Shown here: positions 57,071-64,000 of the stretch, piece after piece
Numbering within the stretch: the first letter of the stretch is position 1
Layout of the letters: each line of letters starts with the position of its first letter
Assembly (NCBI GenBank): GCA_949285145.1
Contig: CASDXQ010000002.1
Span: 17,516-81,515 of the forward strand
DNA from: an uncultured Spirochaetales bacterium
GTDB lineage: Bacteria > Spirochaetota > Spirochaetia > Sphaerochaetales > Sphaerochaetaceae
Length of the DNA: 64,000 nucleotides
Reading direction: 5' to 3'
The notes under the pieces: model-generated
Databases searched by the model: none
What the model was told of the DNA's origin: nothing
The model's input: only the letters and a program-made list of their open reading frames with translations
Made by a program: the position numbers and the translations under genes

Positions 57071-57946
57071 TTAGATTTTCTCAAGCTTGATCAGCCAGCC
57101 TTCTCCCGTTCCGATTCTGTACTCGGATGCGAAAGATCCCTGATTGATCGCGATTCCAACGCAAAGCAGACTGTTGATGTATACAAGCGCATCGCCTTTT
57201 TCGACTTCTGTGAAATTCTTGCAGAAACGAAGGGCATAACTGTATACGATTCTTTCCTCATATGCCAGTGTGACACGGAGCATATCGCCGTATCTGACAC
57301 CGAAATCAGTTAGCATGGTATCCTGGATGTTTGTCCACAGAGAGCCATAGCGTGTATCCAGAATATCTATAGACCCGTATATCGCATTATCCTGGATCAC
57401 AGGCTCCTGCATATGAAGGCAGACAACTTCACGGTCAAGAAGAGGTCCGACCTCATCAAATGTTATGATGCCGGCTGCAAGGCGGGCACCTGTATAAGCG
57501 TATACGTCGCGGCCGTGGAATGTGTAGCTCCGCTGGCTGTTCTTGAGTCTGTTCTCCGCTTCAGAAATCCTTCTGACTTCCAGAATTCCGATCTGTTTTA
57601 CAAGATGTGTAAGCGTGCCGTTATCAGGAGTGACAACAATATGACCGGTTTTTGTCAGCACGGCAACCGAAGCCCTGTCTGAACCGACACCGGGATCGAC
57701 AACGGAGACAAATACCGTTCCCGGCGCCCAGTATGTCATTGCCTGAATAAGACGGTAGCTTGCTTCCCAGATATTGAACTGCGGAATCTCATGTGTCAGA
57801 TCTTCAAGTCTGAGAGAATGTTCGACCTCGTCAGCAACGCCGTGCATTGCGCTTACAGCACCGTCCACTGTACCGAAATCAGACATAAACACAACAGTAC
57901 CCCGTTTGACCCAGGGCTTTTCATCTTTCAATTCTTTTATAGTCAT
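57071..57946 (-). CDS. SAM hydrolase / SAM-dependent halogenase family protein (DUF62, S-adenosyl-L-methionine hydroxide adenosyltransferase-like)
   Basis: 291 aa with VVFMSDFGTVDGAVSAMHGV, LTHEIPQFNIWEA, VSVVDPGVGSDR and VVTPDNGTLTHL. These match the family signature TDFG..D.YVG.MKGV / D.tH / VVDPGVG / PDNG. Confidence 0.8.
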   Translation of the reverse strand: MTIKELKDEKPWVKRGTVVFMSDFGTVDGAVSAMHGVADEVEHSLRLEDLTHEIPQFNIWEASYRLIQAMTYWAPGTVFVSVVDPGVGSDRASVAVLTKTGHIVVTPDNGTLTHLVKQIGILEVRRISEAENRLKNSQRSYTFHGRDVYAYTGARLAAGIITFDEVGPLLDREVVCLHMQEPVIQDNAIYGSIDILDTRYGSLWTNIQDTMLTDFGVRYGDMLRVTLAYEERIVYSYALRFCKNFTEVEKGDALVYINSLLCVGIAINQGSFASEYRIGTGEGWLIKLEKI

Positions 57947-57954
57947 GGTGACCT

Positions 57955-58413
57955 TTATAGCACTTTTTTCAGATTTTGTAATATATCTTCCTGTTTTTTC
58001 AGCATCGGCTCTGACGAAAAGTCGTTTGTCTCATGATCGAGTCCGCTCAGATGCAGTACACCGTGGATGAGAAGCCGAAGAAGCTCCTCTTCTTCCGGAA
58101 CATGGAATTGTGCGGCATTTTCCTTCATTCTCGCCGTGCATATGAGAATATCACCCCACTCCTTCTCTTCTTCCGGCACGGGAAAGAAATCATCACCTTC
58201 AGCAAGTGTGAAGGTCAGGATATCCGTTGCACTGTCGATATTCCTGTATTCCCTGTTCTCGTCCTGTATGGTCTTCTCGCTCACAAAGCTCAGCGAGAAA
58301 GTGCCGTCTTTCAGTATTTCACCCGCAATGATCCCAAGTGCCTTGCTGACAAGAGAAGGCGGTGCATCCTTCCCGTATTCCTCATTTTCATAGAAAACAT
58401 CAAAATCAATCAT
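57955..58413 (-). CDS. ybeY: rRNA maturation endoribonuclease YbeY
   Basis: It has the zinc motif HGVLHLSGLDHE. The start is placed at MIDFDVFYE (58413). The track ORF adds 19 residues that overlap the upstream gene. Confidence 0.85.
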   Translation of the reverse strand: MIDFDVFYENEEYGKDAPPSLVSKALGIIAGEILKDGTFSLSFVSEKTIQDENREYRNIDSATDILTFTLAEGDDFFPVPEEEKEWGDILICTARMKENAAQFHVPEEEELLRLLIHGVLHLSGLDHETNDFSSEPMLKKQEDILQNLKKVL

Positions 58414-60625
58414 TTTCTTCCTTCGTGTACTGGATTCTGTTGTGGTCTCTGCCGAATACCTGATGGACAAAAACTTTCTTTATTTTCTCTATCTCTGACA
58501 TGGAAAGCTTGCAGTCATCCAGCTGACTGGCATTCATCTTGCTTACAAGTATTGAGGTGAAAGCTTTCTCATAACGCAAAGTTGTAGGCTTCTTAAGAGA
58601 TCTTGTCGCCGCCTCAAAACAGTCGGCAAGCATTACGATTCCGGCTTCCTTGGACTGAGGAATGTCGGATGTGTATCTGAAGTCTTCTTCATTCACCTGC
58701 ATCGGGCTCTTGCTTTCTTTCGCTTCCTCAAGCGCCCTGTTGTAGAAATAGGAAATAATGTCATTTCCATGATGCTGGTCGATGATATCAAGAACTTCCT
58801 GCGGAAGCCCTATTTCCTTGCCTTTCTCGACTCCGAGTTTCACATGTGATTTTATGACAGCCGCAGAGAGTGTATATTTCATATCATCATGCACATTCGG
58901 TCCTCCTCCCTGATTCTCAATGAAATATTCAGGGTGCTCGGCCTTCCCGATATCATGATAAAGCGCACCGACACGTGCGAGCTCGGCATTCGCACCTATC
59001 TCCCTTGCTGCATTGTATGCCATGTCTGAAACATTCAGGACATGGTTGTATGTTCCTATCGCCTGTGTCCTGAGCCTTATGAGAACAGGACTGTCAACCG
59101 AACTGAGCTCATGAAGACGGAATACTGTCGGAATATTGAGAAAATGCTCCAGAAGCGGAAGCATGATTGAAATTATTATATATGTTACCGTGACATTGAG
59201 CGTTATGGCCACGATTTCACTGAAAAGATATATGAGCTCCTTGCCCTGTATGAAGTGGAAGACAGCAGTTATGCATACATTTGCGAGTGCAGTATAGAAA
59301 GCCTGATAGACTGTATCGAGACGTGTGACGGAAAACTTCATCATGAGAAGAGAAATCTCAATGCTGAAAATGAGATAGAAAAAAGTCATCTCCGATGTTG
59401 TGGGGAAGAAGATTATGAAACATGAATAAACCGCACCGGCGACAAAACCCACTCTCTTCTTGCTTGTCAGCTGGCACATGAGCACGGGAAGGAAGAGAAA
59501 CGGAATCAGCTGGTCACGGGCTTCACTTACGCTCTGGAAGAAAAAAACTGCAAGATATGTCAGGACAAGCATGATCGCAAGTGTTATAAGATAGATATTG
59601 GTATAGACCAGCACCCTGTACTTGCGTTCGATGAAATCCTTCATGAAATACAGAGACACATACAGTATGACTGCAAGGAAGATGATCTGACTGACAATCT
59701 GTATCACAGATACATCGACGGTGATTCCGTTGATTTTCTGAATTGTCTGCAATGCCTGTTCCGTGACGATTGTATCATAGCGCAGGATATAATCGCCTTT
59801 GTGTATTTCCGCCTTGACAACTTCGGTTGATGCCCTCGCCTCATCTCTGAGTCGCTGTGTTGAAAGCGCGTCGTAATGCACATTCGGCTCAATGACAAGG
59901 GAGAGAAGATTGAACAGAACCGAGAAAGCGACCGGAGAAAGACTGACATTGTATGTCTGCAGGAAATCGAGAAGAGATCCGGAGATGTTCTTCTCTGTTA
60001 TCAGATTGTCAGTATATACAAGAGTCTGATGGAGATTAAAGCCGGCATCATAAGGCAGATTGCCGTAAATCAGGTCATACCCGTCGAAAATGACAGTGTT
60101 GATTTCCTCTGATGAGAAGATGCCGTTGTACAGGAAATTCTCGACAGCATCGGCAAAAAGGAGAAGAACTGTGTTCCTGTCATTCTGTGCGATAAGATTC
60201 CATCTGGTAAGCATCGAGTCATCAGCTGAGGGAAATTCCTGTCTGACAAGTTCTGCCTGATCCGGCACATCGTCTCTCAGTATCTCATCAAGTCTCTCCT
60301 GTTTTGCCTTCACATGCTGTGTATCAGCCATTGAGAAAGAAAAGCGAGGCAGAACAGAACCTGCGTTTTTCTCTCTCAGCTTTTCAGTCGCAATCTGGTC
60401 ATCAAATGAAAAATCATAAGGTGCGATGACATCCTCGTTTGCAAGCTCACCCGGCTGATAGTCATACAGAAGCTCAACGCTGTAAAGCGAATTGGACTGG
60501 ATTAGGACAGGAATGGCGACCCCTAGAAAAACAATGAAGATGAAGCACACAGAAAGGAACACCACAGTACGAAGACTGTATTTCTCATCTCCGTTCGTAA
60601 TCAGCGGGCTCTTCTTCATCAGCAT
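58406..60625 (-). CDS. 7TM-receptor-linked HD/HDc phosphohydrolase (7TMR-HDED + 7TM + HD, YqfF-like)
   Basis: 739 aa with an N-terminal TM helix, an extracytoplasmic domain, a 7-TM block and a C-terminal HD domain (ALYHDIGK...DQHHG). It sits in the conserved phoH-ybeY context. Confidence 0.8.
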   Translation of the reverse strand: MLMKKSPLITNGDEKYSLRTVVFLSVCFIFIVFLGVAIPVLIQSNSLYSVELLYDYQPGELANEDVIAPYDFSFDDQIATEKLREKNAGSVLPRFSFSMADTQHVKAKQERLDEILRDDVPDQAELVRQEFPSADDSMLTRWNLIAQNDRNTVLLLFADAVENFLYNGIFSSEEINTVIFDGYDLIYGNLPYDAGFNLHQTLVYTDNLITEKNISGSLLDFLQTYNVSLSPVAFSVLFNLLSLVIEPNVHYDALSTQRLRDEARASTEVVKAEIHKGDYILRYDTIVTEQALQTIQKINGITVDVSVIQIVSQIIFLAVILYVSLYFMKDFIERKYRVLVYTNIYLITLAIMLVLTYLAVFFFQSVSEARDQLIPFLFLPVLMCQLTSKKRVGFVAGAVYSCFIIFFPTTSEMTFFYLIFSIEISLLMMKFSVTRLDTVYQAFYTALANVCITAVFHFIQGKELIYLFSEIVAITLNVTVTYIIISIMLPLLEHFLNIPTVFRLHELSSVDSPVLIRLRTQAIGTYNHVLNVSDMAYNAAREIGANAELARVGALYHDIGKAEHPEYFIENQGGGPNVHDDMKYTLSAAVIKSHVKLGVEKGKEIGLPQEVLDIIDQHHGNDIISYFYNRALEEAKESKSPMQVNEEDFRYTSDIPQSKEAGIVMLADCFEAATRSLKKPTTLRYEKAFTSILVSKMNASQLDDCKLSMSEIEKIKKVFVHQVFGRDHNRIQYTKEEND

Positions 60626-61554
60626 CAGTAACCACCCTCCTCGTTTTCCTGATAACAGGCTATGATCGCTTTGACAAGTCTTGAGCGTATAATATCATCT
60701 TTGTGGAATTCTATCACAGACAGGCCTTCTATGTCATGGATAATAGAAAGGGCATGAACAAGACCGCTGTCTTTTCTGTGAGGAAGATCAATCTGGGTGA
60801 TATCTCCTGTGATCACAGCCTTGCTGTCCTCTCCCAGCCGCGTGAGAAACATTTTCATCTGACCCTTCGTGGTATTCTGTGCCTCATCAAGAATGATTAT
60901 GCTTCTGTTGAGGGACCGCCCTCTCATGTAGGCAAGCGGAGAAATCTCGATCATGCCGCTTTCCTCCATCTTCCTTATCTGAACAGGCGGAATGAAATAT
61001 TCCATTGCATCATATAACGGTCTGAGATACGGATTAAGCTTCTGTGACAGATCTCCGGGAAGAAAGCCGAGACTTTCACCGGCTTCAACCACGGGACGAG
61101 TAAGGACTATTTTCTGTTTTCTGCCGCTGAGCACCTGGCTGAGCGCATATGCAATCGCAAGAAATGTCTTTCCTGTACCGGCCGGTCCGACCGCGAAGCA
61201 TATCTGATTCTCAAAAAGAGATGCCACATACTTCTTCTGCACTCCTGATTTGGGCCAGATGCTGCGTCCGTTCACGGAAAGATCATAAGTGCGTATGCTT
61301 TCTTTCTCTCCGTTTCCCTCAGCGAGCCATTCCATGTACAGCTCATTTTCCGCAAAGCTTTCATCTCTCTGGCGGGCAAGTTCCGTCAGATGCCCGATAT
61401 AGGATGCGAATTTGCCGCTGTCAGGCGAAAAACTCATCTGGTTGCCCCTTGTCGTTATCTGCCCGGAAAGAAGAAACTCAAGGTAGGCAAGATTGGAATC
61501 ATTTATTCCGAGTATCTTCTCCATTTCATCTGAATCATTGAAATATACTGTCAT
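60625..61554 (-). CDS. phoH: PhoH family ATPase
   Basis: 309 aa with Walker A GPAGTGKTFLA and Walker B IILDEAQN. Confidence 0.9.
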   Translation of the reverse strand: MTVYFNDSDEMEKILGINDSNLAYLEFLLSGQITTRGNQMSFSPDSGKFASYIGHLTELARQRDESFAENELYMEWLAEGNGEKESIRTYDLSVNGRSIWPKSGVQKKYVASLFENQICFAVGPAGTGKTFLAIAYALSQVLSGRKQKIVLTRPVVEAGESLGFLPGDLSQKLNPYLRPLYDAMEYFIPPVQIRKMEESGMIEISPLAYMRGRSLNRSIIILDEAQNTTKGQMKMFLTRLGEDSKAVITGDITQIDLPHRKDSGLVHALSIIHDIEGLSVIEFHKDDIIRSRLVKAIIACYQENEEGGY

Positions 61555-61563
61555 AATCCCCTG

Positions 61564-64000
61564 TCAGTCCTCACTGTAAAGGCTTCCTGTTTTCTGCCAT
61601 CCGCTGCTTGTCTGATGGTATGTCTCATCCACCTTCAGATCAGGCATTGTAGCCCATCTGAGATAAATTGCAAATGCAGGAACCCATCCGTAGGTATTAT
61701 CTCCGGTTTCCTCAAGCTGTGCAGTATAGCGCAGATGAAGATCCCAGTCATCCATGTAATGAACAAGCTCGATATCAAAACTCTGCAGATTGAACTGAGT
61801 GTTCCTCCTTCCATCTCCGATGAAATCAAAAGATTTCAGCAGATCTTCCATCATGGCAGCGAAAGAAAACCGTCCTTTGTCAATGTAACGGTAGAAACCG
61901 TTATTTGTTGTAGTGAATGAAAGCCTGAGCGAAAGGAACTCGGCAATTGAGAATTCAACTCCGGCCGTTACGGACAGGCTTGAAGAATATGCGTTGATGA
62001 AATCATAACGCAGTCTTGCATCAAGCAGGGCGCAAAGATAAATCCTGTTTTTCCATGCATACAGCTCTAGCTCATCAGTGTCGCTTCGGATTTCAATGTA
62101 ATCGCCCTGCAACCGTCCCTCATGAGTTTTCATGTTATAGATAATGTCAACATAGGGAATTGAAAGCGATGTCCTGAGGCTGTTCACAATATTCCTTTCC
62201 CCGTTGTTCTCGAAATCAAAATCAAAAGACTGGGTAAGCGACCATTTCTTGTCTTCGCTTCTGACGGATGCGGATGCCTTAAGTGAAAGGGGTGATACAG
62301 GATCACTGCTGTCGAAAAGGGCACTTTCATAATTCATGGAATAACTGAACGTGAAATGCGTATAGCTGAGAGAGAGAGAGAAATCAATATCGTCGCTTGC
62401 AAGCTTACCGGTTTCCTCCTCCTCGAATTTCCAGCTGAAAGCGGCTGAAAGCGCATCATATCTGTAGCTTACAGATGGAGTGAGAACCGCTGACAGCGGA
62501 GGAAGTGTATAGCTCAAAGACGGTGTGATCACGCCATAGTTGTATTGAGAACCGAAAGACTTTGAGAAACGCAGTCTGTGAGTTCTGACATTCTCTTTGT
62601 CAAATGCATACAGTATTTCCTCTTCCCTTCTGCCTTCAATGTCGCTTTCCAAGCTGAAACGGTACAAATAAGCAGAGAAATCATATGTGATTCCGATGAA
62701 CGGAAGCGAAACACTGCTTGCGGAAAGCAGCGAGAAATCATGCTCATGAAGCTCATCATCGGATTCGTCGAAACTGTAGCCGTAGCTTGGCGTGAAACGC
62801 TGGGTGAAACTCACAATCCGGCTGAGTCCCCCCTCAAACGTCAAAGCAAAAGAAGCAGAAGAGTCGATTTCATTGTCTTCTGTCTGCCTTTTGTCAAGAT
62901 CATATTCAAATTCATTTGAGAATCGTTCGCTGAGATTATAGGAGAGGCGCAGATAGCTGCCGCTTGAAAGCATGCTTCTCTTCTCTTCACGTTCGAGGAT
63001 GTACATATCATAAAGAAGAGGATTTTCAAGAATGAACTGATCCGACAGATCAAACTTCTCCCTACCTCTCTCATCATCCGGATTCCTTCCGTCTGTGGAG
63101 AAATCGAAAAGTTTTCCGCTCATTGTGAAATTGAATGAAGGAAGCGTTATGTCACTGATTTCATAACGATGTCTTGTGTCTGACCACGAGAAATCAGCAT
63201 CCGCGCTTATATTGGAAATCCTCAGCGTTTTGATGTAATCATTTGTGAGATCGGATGGAAGGCGTACGGATCCGGAGAGACGTGCCTCATAGTTTGAAAC
63301 CGTGCTGGTTCGCGTCGCAGGGAATTTCTGTGTGCCGCCAAGTATCGAGTCAATCGAGAAACTGGTGAGACGGTTGCTGTATTTTTTCAATACACTAGGG
63401 TCGGAATATACAGGCAAAGATAAACGCAAATCAGCAAAAGAAGAAGATACATTGACAGTGTTTATTGAATAGTATCTGAATCTGTGGCCATGGTTCTCAG
63501 AGGGTGACAGGATGAATGATGTCTCGCTTGCAGCTGAGAGTGCATCTTCGAAAAAATTCAGCTGGCTGTCATAACCTATGAGGAATCCGGTATGCTGATA
63601 GACATCGGCAAGAAGTGCAAGATAGCTTTCGCTTTCAGCTGCCCATTTATTAATTCTTCCCTCCGCTTCTCCTTCAACATAGTACAGACCGTTTGACACC
63701 ATGTCCTCATCGCTCTCCGTACGCAGAAGAGATGCAAATGAACTTTCTTCCGCATCGGAAAAATTAGGGTAGCGGCCGAAAATCTCGGTAGTCGTCGAAA
63801 CAAACATGCCGCGCTCCGAGTTGAAGCCGAATGCAGGATTGATAGCCAGACGGCTGCCCGGGAAAAAGAATGCGGGCAGATAGATTATCGGAACACGACC
63901 GATTGACAGATAGGCATTTGTCAGAAACATGTCCCCGCCTTCAAGCAGGGCTATGTTTTCCGCCGTGATGGAAGAATAGGCAGTATCGGGATTGGACGTG
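61564..64000 (-). CDS. LptD/OstA-like large outer membrane beta-barrel protein (5' end outside the window)
   Basis: The frame stays open to the window edge (upstream codons 63931-63999 contain no stop). The motif IGRVPIIYLPAFFFPGSRLAINPAFGFNSERGMFV resembles the LptD core (vPvfYlPy...sGfL.P). The rest is long, beta-rich and aromatic-alternating. Confidence 0.6.
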   Translation of the reverse strand, partial: TSNPDTAYSSITAENIALLEGGDMFLTNAYLSIGRVPIIYLPAFFFPGSRLAINPAFGFNSERGMFVSTTTEIFGRYPNFSDAEESSFASLLRTESDEDMVSNGLYYVEGEAEGRINKWAAESESYLALLADVYQHTGFLIGYDSQLNFFEDALSAASETSFILSPSENHGHRFRYYSINTVNVSSSFADLRLSLPVYSDPSVLKKYSNRLTSFSIDSILGGTQKFPATRTSTVSNYEARLSGSVRLPSDLTNDYIKTLRISNISADADFSWSDTRHRYEISDITLPSFNFTMSGKLFDFSTDGRNPDDERGREKFDLSDQFILENPLLYDMYILEREEKRSMLSSGSYLRLSYNLSERFSNEFEYDLDKRQTEDNEIDSSASFALTFEGGLSRIVSFTQRFTPSYGYSFDESDDELHEHDFSLLSASSVSLPFIGITYDFSAYLYRFSLESDIEGRREEEILYAFDKENVRTHRLRFSKSFGSQYNYGVITPSLSYTLPPLSAVLTPSVSYRYDALSAAFSWKFEEEETGKLASDDIDFSLSLSYTHFTFSYSMNYESALFDSSDPVSPLSLKASASVRSEDKKWSLTQSFDFDFENNGERNIVNSLRTSLSIPYVDIIYNMKTHEGRLQGDYIEIRSDTDELELYAWKNRIYLCALLDARLRYDFINAYSSSLSVTAGVEFSIAEFLSLRLSFTTTNNGFYRYIDKGRFSFAAMMEDLLKSFDFIGDGRRNTQFNLQSFDIELVHYMDDWDLHLRYTAQLEETGDNTYGWVPAFAIYLRWATMPDLKVDETYHQTSSGWQKTGSLYSED

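Overview
This is a compact chromosomal segment, almost all housekeeping genes and mostly on the minus strand. I count about 55 protein genes, many joined by 4-30 nt overlaps, plus one tmRNA and one decayed group II intron. I saw no rRNA, tRNA, CRISPR array, integrase, transposase or prophage genes.

Gene content looks spirochaete-like (Treponema-type). The pointers are a ~900-aa long-form GreA, tamB directly upstream of bamA with no tamA in the window, LptD/LptF/LptG-like genes, and many signal-peptide or lipobox proteins. This taxonomic call is inference only.

Main blocks, by coordinate:
- 134-17300: greA, then on the minus strand rimP-nusA-infB-rbfA-truB-ribF-rpsO | pnp-dut-lptF/G-like-tgt-murJ.
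- 17401-18209: a low-GC orphan secreted-protein gene with a repeated motif upstream.
- 18210-34887: mutS, bamA, tamB-like, tmk, queA, ruvBAC, yebC, hemW, lepB.
- 34950-37916: an FGE-domain membrane protein overlapping smpB, a TetR gene, and ssrA (tmRNA).
- 37980-51870: cobB/Sir2, miaB, folD, a small beta-barrel OMP plus lipoprotein, MATE-PRTase-TetR, map, nusB, a parvulin PPIase, secG, tpiA-pgk-gap.
- 52095-53820: the group II intron.
- 53869-64000: one tight minus-strand string, lptD-like-phoH-7TMR-HD-ybeY-DUF62 SAM hydrolase-ECF S component-fused ECF A-A-T.

I did not find a convincing new multi-gene system such as a defence island. The leads most worth a second look are:
- the intron, whose ribozyme ends look intact while its maturase gene is broken;
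- the DUF62 / ECF module with a triple-fused A-A-T protein;
- a TetR gene wedged between smpB and ssrA and divergent from ssrA;
- a thrice-repeated operator-like motif upstream of the orphan secreted protein;
- lineage-specific extensions on core factors (the GreA N-terminus and a NusA C-terminal zinc ribbon).

All calls come from motif recognition by eye. No database search was run.
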